A stretch of 64,000 nt of DNA, from the NCBI GenBank assembly GCA_977017645.1, contig OZ360219.1:266414001-266478000 (forward strand), given 5' to 3'. The position numbers and the translations under genes are program-made. The DNA comes from Torpedo marmorata (taxonomy: Eukaryota). The notes under the pieces were generated by a model. It was not told where the DNA came from and made no database searches. It worked only from the letters and a program-made list of their open reading frames with translations. Shown piece after piece: positions 24,333 through 37,165 of the stretch (position 1 is its first letter; each line of letters starts with the position of its first letter).

Positions 24333-25080
24333 TCAAAATGACACCCTGCAAAATTGGAGTGCAGCTTTATTGTCTGTCAAAGTTCTTTCACCCGTTTCAT
24401 GGGCATGCCTGCCATTGTACAGAGCCTTGCTGAATAACTTTTGTGCGGCAACTTCAGGTTTTGTGCCATAAATTGAGTAAGTGGACAGTCTCAGCCGTGA
24501 GTGCAGGTAGGAGGTGCTATCGTCTAGGTTTGGAACATTTGGAAGTTTGGAAACATTCAGGTCTGGAAGTTCCCCAATACATGTAAGTCTAATTGAATCA
24601 GAAATGCTTGGGAAATGTGCGACAGATATGATCAAGTCTTGAAATGAGTTCTCACACCTGCCACATGCAATGCACCATGCACATTGGAAATGTGAATTCC
24701 AGACACTGAAGAATAATCCCTTGAGGAATTTGGGGTAGGCCGGAATCTCATCCATGGTACAACCCCTGCCATGATGGGTATCTTAAAGCAGTGTTTCCAA
24801 AAATAGCCTCTTATAAACAAGCTTGAAGCATTTTTGTCCTTGAGAGGGAGAGGAACCTTGAACTATCTCTTGTGAATGAGAAAATGCAGCATCAGACTTG
24901 CACTCTCCAGATAAAACCTGCACTTGCCATCCAGATCCAAGCCACTCACCTTGAAGAAATTTGTGTTGGAACTTGGACATACACTCACAAATTTGAGGAT
25001 AGGTGTAGAGGTGTAGCTGAGTATCTGATCGCTGGAATGACTTTTGGGACAATACACACCACTTCCAGAATAACATAAGT
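24333..25080 (-). pseudogene. Frameshifted coding relic, possibly a KDZ/Zisupton (HMGXB3-like) transposase
   Basis: Overlapping minus-strand ORFs give an ordered series recalling KDZ-type proteins: GLDLDGKCRF, YPKFL..SG...C-HG, FQDLIISVAHFPSI, EVAAQKLFS. By-eye only. Confidence 0.4.
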
Positions 25081-25429
25081 GATCCTGGTCAGTGGGTCAA
25101 ACAGCATCCATGGTGGCAAAGGAATGGTTGAAGCTTCAGATTGATACCCTTCATCAGGACTGAGAGAGAAGATAAGACAGTATGAAGAGGTGAGAGAAAG
25201 TGGTGAGCCAGAGGCTGGTAGGTGATAGTTATAACCAAATGAGGAGGGGTGGAGATGATGGGCACATAGTGCTAGAGGCTGGCAGGTAGAATAAAGACCC
25301 AATCAGTTCCTCTCCACCAAAACTCTCGCCCCATCTTCATTGGTCTTAATTGGATGGCATGAGTTTCATGGGCCAGAAGGGCCTTCTACTGTGCTGTATC
25401 ATTAAAATTATGAAATCAAATAAACTTCT

Positions 25430-27750
25430 CTTTCACTTCCTCCCACTTTCTGCAAAATCAAAAGTGCAGCCATGGTACTCACATGTGCCCTGGCTTCACT
25501 TGTCTTTTTGTTGCCTATGTGGAACAGTCCTTGATCCTATCCTGTTTTGGCATCCTACCTCAACTCCTTCTCCGCTGCATGGATTGGTGCTGCTTCCTGC
25601 ATTTATGCGGAACTTGTCAACGTTATCACCTTTGCATTAACTTCCATCCTCTGCTCAAAGTAACAGACTATTTCCTGACACTTCTCTGGATTTCTCTGTC
25701 TTCATCTCAGGAGATGAAGTATCCACCGCTACCTACTATAAACGTGTGGACTATCACAGCTACCTTGAATACACATCCTTGTACCTTTTTTTCTGTAAGG
25801 ATGCCATTCCCTTTTCTCAGTTTCTTCATCTCTGCTGCATCTACTCTTCAGATGAGACTTGCCACTCCAGCACTTATGAAGTGTTCTCCTTGTACAAGAA
25901 ACATTTCTTCCCCCTCCCTTCAGTAGTCTATTTCCTGCAAGTCACCACTGCCCTACTCCTCCACCTACCCAGACAGTGCAGAGCTGGAGTTCCCCTGGTC
26001 CTCACCTTTCATCCTACTAGCCTTCGCATCCAAAACATCAACGTGGACAAAATGAAGGAGATGATTGTGGACTTCAGGACAACCCTCCACTACACATCAA
26101 CAATTATGTAGCAGAGAGAGTGGAGAGCACCAAGTTCTTTGGAGTTCACTTAACTAGTGACTTAACGTGGACACTCAACATCTCCTCACTTGTCAGGAAG
26201 GCGCAACAGCGACTTCACTTCTTGAGAAGACTGAAGCGGGCAAGGCTACCGGCCACCATTATGTCAACCTTCTATAGGAGCTCTATCGAGAACGTCCTGG
26301 CCGGCTGCATCACAGTGTTATACGGTTGCTGCAGAGAAATGGATCTGAGGACAATCCACAGGACCATAAGAGTGGCAGAGAGGATCACTGGAGTCTCCCT
26401 CCCCCCCCCCCCCCCACCATTGACGTGATCTACCGGGATCGTTGTCTGAAGAGGGCGCGCAAAATCATTGAGGGCCCTTTCCACCCTGCACACAGCATCT
26501 TTCAGCTGCTCCCGTCGGGGAAGAGATACATGAGTATCAGAGCCAGCACCACCAGGCTGAGGATCAGCTTCTTCCCACGGGCAGTGAGAATGCTGAATGG
26601 CCAAAGGAACTGCTCACACTAACCATCCGAGACTCTAATTTGTACAAAACAATATTTATTTATTTATTTTTATAGATATGATACTTGTCCTGCATATGTA
26701 TTATTTGTCTGTATGTGTGTTACGTCTGGTTGTGTATCTGCATGTTTTTGCACCGAGGACCGGAGAACGCTGTTTCGTTGGGTTGTACTTGTACAATCAG
26801 ATGACAATAAACTTGACTTGACTTGATTTGACTTTGCTCATTTCACCAACTCCAATGGGGTCCCATCACTAGCCACTTCTCCTCTCTTGCCCCCTCCCCT
26901 CCTTTATTACTTTTTTGGGGACCACTCTCTCTGTAACCCCCTGATCTGCTCGCAGACCCTAGTTCATCGCAACCCCTGCATGTTTTCTCTGTACTTTTGT
27001 TTGTAACATTATACTCTGCACTTTTGTTTTATTTTTGCACCACCTGTAGTACTTACCGGTAAGTATCGGTTGACTTGCATGGATAGCATGCAAAATGAAG
27101 TTTCTCATCGTATCTCAGTACACATGACAATAAACAATTTAATCAATTCAATTCATCCCTCCTCATCCTCATTTGTCTTCCTTCTGCAACAGTAGGAGTG
27201 CAACATTTGGCCCTCCACCTTCTCCTTCACCACCAACCATGGACATAAACAGCTCTTCCAGATAAGGTAGAGATTCATGTACACCCTCTCTCACCTATCA
27301 TATTTGGTGCTTGGGATGTGGCTTCATCATCATCCCCCCATCAGGTTTCATTTGCCTATCACCCACATAATGTCCACCTGGGTTTCTTCTCCCTTGATTC
27401 ACCTTTCCTATCCCCTCCCCACTGGTTCAATTTGCTCATCATCTCTCCCTTATCTGGTTCCACATATCATCAACAAGCCTCGGTGTTTACCTTTCCCTCT
27501 CCACTTCTTCATCTGGCTTCATCTGCCTATATGTTTTAATGTTTTCACCCATCATCTACTATCTTCTGACTCAACACTCCGCCTCATCTGGTTCCACTTA
27601 TTATCTACCAACCTCAGTCTCACCTCTGCTCTCACCACTTTATACTGGCTATCTATATTGCCAACACTCTCAGTCCTGATGCAGGGTCTCAACTCAAAAC
27701 GTCAACCATCCCTTTGCTTCTACAGATATGGCTTGACCTCCTGCAGTATA
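25430..27750 (+). mobile_element. Old decayed Penelope-like element, interrupted by Rex1 pieces
   Basis: CLFVAYVEQSL, DYHSYLEYTS...KDAIPFSQFL, VPLVLTFHPTSLRIQ. Terminus cagtcCTGATGCAGGG...AAAACGTC at ~27671-27703. Confidence 0.75.
26037..26832 (+). mobile_element. 5'-truncated Rex1/Babar LINE (third family) with (ACTTG)n tail
   Basis: ORF 26120-26428: KFFGVHLTSDLTWT.NI...KAQQRLHFLRRL. Tail atgacaataaacttgacttgacttg. Confidence 0.88.
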
Positions 27751-28486
27751 TTTTTTGTGCTCTGTGCAATGAGAGTTGATCCAATAGAACTGCATAACAA
27801 GCAAATGAGTCCAATATGAAAAATTAAAACCATAAATAACAGCAGAGAGCAGGTGGTAAATGCAAGATTCAAATCTAAACTCAGAATTCAAATGATCAAT
27901 TCAACATGGTTAGGCATTGTTTAGTGATTTTTCTTATCAGATAATGTCTTGACCAATGAATATCTAAGAATGATTGCCAGAAAGTAATCTAATCAAGATA
28001 GTATACAACTATTACCTAGACTTTGAATTAATGAGTTTAAAATCACTGCCATGCATTCTCATTCCTCAAGTAAAAGCACAAAATGCTGGAAATGCTCAAC
28101 AGGTCAGGCAGCAATCGTGAAAAAAGAAATAGTGTTTCCAGCTGGAAACCCTTTGTCAGAACCCACAGGAAAAAGAGAAAACAAGTTAAAGGGAGAGAAG
28201 GCGGGGGAGGGATGATAGGACAAAAGGAATATCTCTGCTATAACCCTCTGGATTGTTTATACTGTAGTTGTTTATAGTTTTTATTTTAACACGGACCCAT
28301 TTGCTTGTGAGTCACTGTTTGAGAGGATGGAGAGAAAAATAAAGAGAGAATAAAGTTTACAGCTGTATAAAATGCAGGTCAGGTCTGAATATGCAAACAA
28401 ATGCATATCAGGCAGTGACTGGAGAAAGGAAATGATTAATCTTACAGCAAAATTGGTAGTTCTGACGCAAACAGGGAAAGCACGTC

Positions 28487-30092
28487 CAGTAAAACCCCTG
28501 GTGTCCGGCACCTACAAGGATTGGTGGATGCCAGATAAGTGAGTTTCCCGGTTGCTTGAGACTAACTCTTACAATGCCTAACTAATACACCTGCATTAAG
28601 AATAAACAATTTAAAAGACAAAAATACTATACTGTACTTGCACTGAACAAAATTCACTTGCATGAATGTATAAACCTTAAAGCATTTTACTTTATTTTCA
28701 GTCACATTCTTTGAAAACATTTAACCATCGCTGCATTTTCAGGTTCCTCCCCCTCCACTGAGCCATCCGAAAGAAAAACAATAACATTATAGATAATTAC
28801 CCCCACCCCCCTCCTCCAAGTTTACAGATAAAGCCTTACTAACATACTTAATAATATACTAATAAAGATAAAGACTCTTACTAAGCAGGGATAAGGAGAC
28901 ACTTTAAGAGAATCACCCCAAAGACGAGCGGCATCAACAAGCTCTTCATCCTGGGCGACATCATTTCATTCAAATACAACTTTATTCAAACAACTGCTAT
29001 GAGCAAAGCATGACCAAGGCACTCTGCTGGCTGAATATTTGGTTCCATCCTCACCAAATGTATATGTGTTACTTCAAGATTCAAGATTCAATTTATTGTC
29101 ATAGTAATAAGACAGTGTCATATTCCATGAAATTTATTTTTGCCTGCTGCAAGGCAGACAGATTCACCACTGGCAGAAATTGCCTAAGCGCCTCTAATAT
29201 TCCTTACAGTCAGAGAAAGAGAAGCAAAAGAGAGTCCCCCCAGAGTCACCGAGTGTCCGTAGATTCGCTACCAGCGCTTCCGCAGCCTCCGCAGCCACAC
29301 AGAGTCCAGTCCAAACCATGGCAACCCGAGCTCCAGATCCGAACCTCCGACACGGTCAGGGCACCCTCGGCACCCCCTCACATCCCGGTTCCGATACCTG
29401 GTACTCCTCCAGCCAGTTCGAGGCAGCCTCCAGCAGTCCGCAGCCCGACGTGAGTCCCCTGACAGCAGTCTCCAGCAGCCCACAGCCTCCGTGGATTCCT
29501 CGCCTCGAGTCGCTAGCAGCCCACCGCATGCACTAGTCCTTCAGCCTCAGAACCCCTCACTGGTCCGCCGCCGTGGTCACCGTCCCGTGGGTCGTCTCCT
29601 CCGCTTCTCCTTCTCAGATGGGGGTGATCTTCCGTCCTCTGGTGCCCTGCTCCAGTCCTCCGCTTCCCCGGAATCTGCAGCCCCTCGTGGCTGCTGCCGA
29701 TTAATAGGCACTGCCATCTGAGGCGCACACCCCGTGGTCGCGGGATCGTAAATAAAACCACTGTCGGCTCCCTCAACGGGTGGTTCAAAGCCCGTGCGGA
29801 ACCAACGGCATTCGACTGGGCGGTTGGACCCCGCGGGAGCGCTGTATCTCCGCTCCCACGCTCCCCGCGGGTCCGCATCAGCGGCAGCGCTACCGCTACA
29901 GCATCTCCGGCAGCGCCGCCATCTTCCACCTTCCGCCACTCACCTCTTCCACCTTCCGCCACTTTTACTTTTACAATTTTAAACTTTTATTTATTCTTAT
30001 TTATTAAAAAAATATTTATTTATTTACCTCTTTTTTTGCCGGTTGCTTGAGGTTGCTGGTTGCTTGAATTCCGGATAACAGGGGTTTTACTG
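28487..30092. mobile_element. Tigger/pogo-like non-autonomous DNA transposon hosting a retroposon
   Basis: TIRs CAGTAAAACCCCTG.T.TCCGG / CCGGATAACAGGGGTTTTACTG, followed by TA (left flank reads TC). Subterminal GGTTGCTTGA repeats at both ends. Confidence 0.78.
29073..29925 (-). mobile_element. GC-rich non-autonomous retroposon, copy 3 (apparently full length)
   Basis: 5' end AAGATGGCGGCGCTGCCGG, 3' end ATGACAATAAATTGAATCTTGAATCTTGAA. Very similar to 56709-57570. Confidence 0.9.
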
Positions 30093-30406
30093 TAATCTTG
30101 TATTGTTAGATTTAATATTTAGTTCTGAAAACTGCAAACGGCCTAGACAGAAGATGAGGTGCCGTTCATGGTGTCATATAGCCCAGAAGCAGGTCTTTTG
30201 GCCCATCCACACCAATATGATCTACCAACAGTTGATTCGCAGCCTCTACTGCCTCGGTGATTCAAGTGCCCATCAAGATACCTGTTATATGTTATCAGAG
30301 TACCCGCCTCCACTACCTTCTCAGGCAATGCATTCCAGATTCAAATTACCCTCTGGGGGAAAATGTTTTCCTCTAACCTAATTGCGCCTCATCTTAAACC
30401 TGTGGA

Positions 30407-30860
30407 TCAGAATCAGAATTTATTGTCATGAACATGTCACGAAATTCATTGTTTTGCGGCAGCTTCACAGTGCAAACATTTATATAAACCACCTCACAAA
30501 ATAAATAAAAATAGTGCAAGAAAAAGTCAAAGTAAGGCAGTGTCCGTGGTTCATTGTTCATTCAGGAATCTGATGGCAGAAGGAAAGAAGCTGTACTTGT
30601 GCCGCTGAGTGCTCGTCTTCAGGCTCCTGTACATTTTTTCCCGAGTTAAGAGGGCATGGCCTGGCCTGGGTGGTGGGGGTCCTTGAGGATAGAGGCTGCT
30701 TTCTTAAGACACCGCCTCATGTAGATGTCCTCAATGGAGTGAAGACTGGTGCCCGTGATGTCGCAGGCCAAGTTAACAACCCTCTGGAGATTTTTCTTGT
30801 CCTGAGCATTGGCACCTCCATACCAGACAGTTATGCAACCAGCCAGATTGCTCTCCACGT
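30407..30860 (-). mobile_element. Rex1/Babar LINE 3' fragment (family A-like), within CR1 remnants
   Basis: ORF 30646-30858: ES.LAGCITVWYGGA...ILKDPHHPG. (ATTCTG)n tail. Confidence 0.87.
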
Positions 30861-31771
30861 ATTAGGCCTTTGGTATTATACTTCTGTATTATTGGGAAAG
30901 TTTCTCATAGTTTTGTATATTTCTGTCAGGCCCCCATCAACCTTTTGCATTTCAAGGAAAACAAATCCAGCCTATCTAATCTCACTTCATAACTGAAATG
31001 TTCCTTCCTTTCACATGTTAATCATTTGGCTTTTAATGTCAATCATTATTCCTTTTGACTTTTAAAAATGTGGTTCAACCAATGTCAATTTCCCTCTTCT
31101 AGTGAAATAATTTGAATTTTGTGATGCATTTTGTGCTTGTAAATTAAGAATGACACGTAAAATATTATCTTTTGTTCCATTTCACTTGACAATTGACTTG
31201 CTTGGCATTTCCAATAATAGCCTTTATGAAAGCTAATTCCTATTTGTAATTATCTGTACTTTTGTCTTCGAGTTTTAGCAGTCAACTGAAATTGCATTAA
31301 TGTCACTAGCATTAGATTGCAATACTTTACTGCTAACTAAAATTACTTCTATTAATCTGGGTTGGAGTTGAACTCTTGTTCTGAAGTGAAAAATGGTATT
31401 CATTGCCAATTTATTCATTTTGAATTCTGGAAAATAATATTGTGTGCTTTGCATCAGGAAACATGTAATTTCACAATTTTTACCATCTAATTGGGTAGGT
31501 TTTTCTGTCCACAAAAAAAAAAAGAAAAGTCAGGGGAGAGATGTGCAGTGAAGAAATCTGAAAATCAGGGCAAGATATTCTGTCATATTTCAGAATGTTT
31601 TTGTCCCATGCAACAGGATTTTGTTGTGGAGGGTCATTGCACAAAATTTGTGTTAGTTTGTTGCACATTACCTGTTTGATACCCTGTTTCTGGTGTGGAA
31701 GAATTCTGAGCCTTTATGTTCTATCCTTCCACTTTCAACATATTTCTTTGCGTTTTTATCTTATTTAACAG

Positions 31772-31820
31772 AGTATATGATGGACGGTGTCCTCGATATT
31801 CAGTCACAAACTTCTGTGAT
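31772..31820 (+). CDS. Weak candidate internal exon of an unidentified host gene
   Basis: Pyrimidine-rich tract ...ttttatcttatttaacAG, 49 nt open as (x)VYDGRCPRYSVTNFCD with two CpGs, then GTAGGA. Lies in apparently non-repetitive DNA. Peptide not recognised. Confidence 0.25.
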
Positions 31821-33393
31821 GTAGGATATACAAGTATCTTTAACACTATTGTGCACTAATCCATCAACCTGTAATAAGCCTAATATGGTTAGAGAAGGTT
31901 TATCATCTTGGGTTCCAAATTATAGGAAGAATGTTAAGCTTTTGGAGGCTCTTCAAGGCTGAATTTACTCAAATTTGATCTTAATAATATAAAATGAGAA
32001 CTTCAGCAGGTTTGTAACAAGGAAGAAAATAGCTAAAAATTTGTTCTTTTGGAGAATGAGATTGAGGAGGTAACAATGAAAGATGGCATAGATTCTGTAT
32101 AATTATTTTGGGTCAGTCTTTCTAGTAGATGTGAAAACTGTTGCGACTTTGAATACATGGAGACCTCAGCTGTGGATGTAACATATCTTTTATTCAGCAC
32201 AAACAGACACAGAGTGGGAAACTAGTGGGAGACTTTTTTGATGGAATCTCCTGGGAGAATCTATCTAAACTCAAAATACATTGAGTTTTATAAACTTTAA
32301 ACACAAAGTTACTAGCAGGGAATTAAAGACAGCTTCAAAAGTTCCAATTGCATGGTTTACTTTGATATTTTTTGATGCAGACAAGTGACTCTGTTCAATT
32401 AAATCTTTAAACTTAGAGCACCACTAAACTGACAAGATCAACTCTGAATATTCAAACACCTTTAAACGTCACCATTCTTTTACCACAGTTTTCTCAGAAT
32501 GGCTCTCTGGATGCACAAACACCCTAAATATTGATTGATAAATATGACAATGATGTTGTTTTAAATAGCACCTGGAGTCTTATTTTATTCTGGTTCTTTT
32601 GGTGTAGTATGATTAACGTTGCCATTTAATATATGGTGATGAAAGCATTGATGCTTTATGAACGTTTGATGAGATTGGGTGTATGCTCACTGGAGTTTAG
32701 AATCAAAATGAGGTGATACTGAACATGCAAAATTCTGATGCAAATTGACAGGGAGGATGCTGAGAGTAGGGATACTTAATTCTAGGATTCAGAGTTGCAG
32801 ACAGATGTGAAGAAATGTCTTTTCTTGGAGGGTCATGAATCTTTGGGATTCCCTAGCCATGAAAACTGAGGAGGCAGATCATTGATGGACATTTAAACCA
32901 TGGAAATCTAGGAATGTGGAAATAGTGCAGGAAAGTGGTGTTGAGACGTAGAATAAATCAGCCACAATCTCATTGAACGGATGAGTTCAGGAGCCTCGAG
33001 GGGTTGCTTCTCCTATAAGTTCTATTTCTTATATTCTAATAAGGAAATTAAGTGATGAAGTTTTGAAATATTGATTTTTGGTGGGAAGACCGTATTGACA
33101 ATCTACTCATTTAGCACTCATTTCTGAAAACCATTTACATAAAACATCACATTTTAACCACACATAACCAATACTAATCTTGTGGATAAGGACAATTTGT
33201 AATCAGCCTCATTCTATTCAAATATTTAAAACCCAGACCTGTCACTAAACACAAGAGGCAGAGTAGAAACTGAAGACTTTTTAAGGCAAGGAAGGAAAGT
33301 TCAACGAAGGAATAAAACAACTGCTGGAGGAAGTCAGCAGGTTGAGCAGTACTCTTGGGGGAAAGGATTGTTGGATTTTTTTGGGTCAAGACT

Positions 33394-35878
33394 CAGAATC
33401 AGAATCAGAATTTATTGTCATGAACAAGTCACGAAATTCGGTGTTTTGCGGCAGCATCATAGTGCAATTAACATCCATATTATAACCATCTTACGACATT
33501 ACAATAAAAAATTATAAATAATAGTGCACGAAAAGTAGGACAGTGTCTTTGGTTCATTGGTTATTCAGGAATCTGATGGCAGCGGGGAAGAAGCTGTCCT
33601 TGTGCCGTTGAGTGCTCATCTTGAGGCTCCTGTACCTTTTTCCCGATGGTAGCAGAGTGAAGAGGGCATGGCCTGGGTGGTGGGGGTCTTTAACGATAGA
33701 GGCTGTTTTTTTAAGACACCGTCTCGTGTAGATATCCTCGATGGAGTGAAGTCTGATGCCTGTGATGTCACAGGCCGAGTTAACAAATCTCTGGAGTTTA
33801 TTCTTGTCCTGAGTGTTGGCGCCTCCATACCAGGCAGTGATGCAACCAGCCAGAATGCTCTCCACGTTACACCTGTAGAAGTTTACGAAAGTCTTCAGTG
33901 ACATACCGATTCTCCTCAGACACCTCACAAAGTATCGCCGCTGACGAGCCTTCTTTGTGATTGCATCAACGTGGAGGCTCCAGGGCAGATCCTCGGAGAT
34001 GTTGACACCCAGGAATTTGAAGTTCTTGACCCTCTCCACTACTGAGCCCTCGATGAGGACTGGGTCGTGTTCCCCGACTTCTTCCTGAACTCCACAATCA
34101 TCTCCTTGGTTTTGCTGACGTTGAGCTCAAGGTTGTTGTCATTACACTATTCAATGAGCTGATCTATCTCCCTCCTGTACGCTTCCTCATTGCCGTTTGT
34201 GATTCTGCCGACAACTGTGGTGTCATCGGCAAACTTGTAGATGGCATTGGAAATTGTGCCTGGCCACACAGTCATGGGTGTATAACGAGTAGAGCAGTGG
34301 ACTAAGCACGCATCCTTGGGGTGCGCTTGTGTTGATATTCAGTGAGGAGGAGACGTTATTTCCAATTCGTACTGACTGCGGTCTTCCGATGAGAAAGTCA
34401 AGGATCCAGTTGCAGAGGGGGGTACAGAGGCCTAGAGTTTGTAGATTCTTGACCAGCACTGAGGGAATAATGGTATTGAAGGCCGAGCTGTAGTCGAAGA
34501 AGAGCAGCCGTATGTATGAATTGCTGTTTTCGAGGTGATCCAGAGCTGAGTGGAGAGCCAGCGATATTGCATCTGCTGTGGAGCGATTGTGACAATAGGC
34601 GAATTGCATTGGGTTCAGATCTTTGCTTAGGTATGTGTTATATCTGGCCATGACCAGCCTCTCAAAGCATTTCATCACAGTAGAAGTTCGTGCTACTGGG
34701 CGGTAGTCGTTGAGGCAGCCCACACTACTCTTCTTGGGTACCGGGATGATTGATGCCCTTTTGAAGCAGGTGGGAACCTCTGACTTCCGCAATGAGAGGT
34801 TGAAAATGTCCGTAAACACTCCGGCTAGTTGGTTGGCGCAGATTTTCAGTACCCTGCCAGGTACGCCGTCAAGGCCTGACGCCTCTTGAATGATGTTCTG
34901 ACGTCGCCCTCAGAGACAGATATCACAGGGTCCTCAGCCTTTTCAGGGATTCTAGTAGGCACTGTTTTGTTCTTCTTCTCAAAGCGGGCATAGAAGGTGT
35001 TCAGCTCATCGGGTAGTGAAGCATCACAGCCGTCTATAGTGTTCGCCCTCGCTTTGTAGGCTGTATTGGCCTGCACTCCCAGCCATAGCTGGTGTGTATC
35101 TGTCTCTCTCTAGCTTCCTCCGGAATTGCCACTTTGCTTCAGAGATGGCCTTCCGCAGGTCGTGCCTGGACTTCTTGTAAAGATCCCGGTCCCTGGCGTT
35201 AAACGACCTTGTTCTCGCCCTCAGCAGGTTGCGAATTTTCTGATTCATCCAGGGCTTCTGGTTGGGGAATACCCGGTATTTGCGCGTGGGCACACACTCA
35301 TCCACGCAGGTCTTGATGAAGTCGGTGAAACCTGTTGCATATTCATTAAGGTCTATGGATGAGTGTTTGAATGTGTTCCAGTCCACCGATTCAAAGCAGT
35401 CCTGCAGACGCTCCTCCGCCCTCCTCGACCATACTTTCGCCGTCCTCACCACTGGTGCTGTGTTCTTCAGTCTCTGCTTGTACGCCAGGAGTAGAAGTAC
35501 AGCCAGGTGATCAGACTTGCCGAAGTACGGTGGTGGTATGGCTCGGTATGCATTCTTCACAGTGGTGTAGCAGTGGTCGATTGTGTTGATTCCCCTAGTC
35601 TCGCATGTGACGTTTTGATGGTAGTTTGTCAGTGACTTCTTCAGATTGACCTGATTGAAGTCTCCCACAATGATCGGGAAGGCATCAGGATGTGCTGTCT
35701 CATGGCTGTTTATCACAGTGCTCAGTCTCTCCAGTGCCAGCCTGACGTTAGCCTTGGGCGGAATGTACACTGCGACCAGGATGATGGCGGTAAACTCCCT
35801 CGTCAGATAGAATGGTCGTCACTTGATCGCCAGATGTTCCAGGACGGAGGAGCAGGACTGGGACATGACCGTCACGAC
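33394..35878 (-). mobile_element. Rex1/Babar LINE (family A): EN remnant, RT and DUF1891-type end; frameshifted
   Basis: ORFs 35024-35770 (VYIPP, IVGDFN, GKSDH), 34223-34819 ([34 protein letters not shown]) and 33554-34039. (ATTCTG)n tail at ~33394-33411. Confidence 0.93.
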
Positions 35879-37165
35879 TGAGAATGGGGAGGGAAGATAG
35901 CAAGTATAAAGTGTAGCAGGCGAGGGGCGAGGCAGGGGCCAGTAACTATTGCCTGTACAGAGGAGATGAGAGGAAGTTCCTTAGTGAAAGTTCATGGGTA
36001 GGGTTACTCTGGGAACTGTTGGAAATGGCCAAGGCCTTGGAGCTGTTTGTTTGCTTGACCTATTCACCAGAGAATTTGTAATGGTGGGAGGGGGTGTTGA
36101 TGCAAACGGTGGCACATGATGGGTCGAAACGTAATAACAAAAGGAGCCGATGGAGCAAGGTTTGGGGTGGGGGGGGAGGGGCAAGGTAGCAAGGGGAAGG
36201 CACTGAACGTGCTGCAGACTCAAAATGTTGTCATTCACACTGCAGAGTATGTGAAGGATAGCATATCTCAGGCAAAACAGTAGTATTTGACATCTTTGGG
36301 CTCTAAATTTTCCTCCAGTTGTCCTGCAGCAGAAACACAATGATATCATTATGGGCAATTAAGGAAACTGAAAGGATTCTGTGCAAAAATATCATCTTTA
36401 CTCTGCTCAAAAAGAAAAAAAATCCACCATGATCTAAGACCCCATTATTCGGGGAGGCAGTGTTGATAATGTAAAATCAGCACTCAAGAAACATCTGCAG
36501 AAAGAGCATCAGATAAAAAGTTTCAGGTTCTTTGTCAGAAAGCAAGCAATTTACCCTTGTGGTCATTTACTATTTAAAACACGCTGCATCTGCAAGAGAC
36601 ATATAAATGGCGATGGTTTAAACTTTAATTTATTATTTAATTATTTAATATTTCATTGGAAGACCACAGTCAGTACGAATTGGAAACAACGCCTCCTCCT
36701 CGCTGATTATCAACACAGGCGCACCCCAAGGATGCGTGCTTAGTCCACTGCTCTACTCGTTATACACCCATGACTGTGTGGCCAGGCACAATTCCAATTC
36801 CATCAACAAGTTTGCCGATGACACCACGGTTGTCGGCAGAATCACAAACAGCAATGAGGAAGCGTACAGGAGGGAGATAGATCAGCTCATTGATGGGTGT
36901 AATGACAACAACCTTGAGCTCAACATCAGCAAAACCAAGGAGATGATTGTGGACTTCAGGAGGAAGTCAGGGGAACACGACCCAGTCCTCGTCGAGGGCT
37001 CAGTAGTGGAGAGGGTCAAGAACTTCACATTCCGGGGGGCGTGGCGTGATGGCGTAGGGAGAAGACGCAAGGATACACCTCCCCCGACAGATAAAGCCAA
37101 GAAGTCTTTTTAATTAACTCAAAAACTTTTAAAATATCATCAAAAGTGCTATAACTGAATACACA

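Noticed and set aside
32130-32495. Possible solo LTR or TIR element (TGTTGCG...ACCACA, short inverted flanks, reverse AATAAA)
   Set aside because: There is no direct target-site duplication and no second copy in the window, so it cannot be supported.
33394-33412. Short tandem repeats (ATTCTG, ACTTG, GAATCTT, CATAGAA) as CRISPR-like or satellite arrays
   Set aside because: They are 3' tails of LINEs or retroposons, with no spacers, in a eukaryotic context.
33554-34039. DUF1891/ALKBH8-N-like ORFs read as a host gene
   Set aside because: This is the standard C-terminal region of Rex1/Babar RT, repeated many times here and followed by LINE tails.
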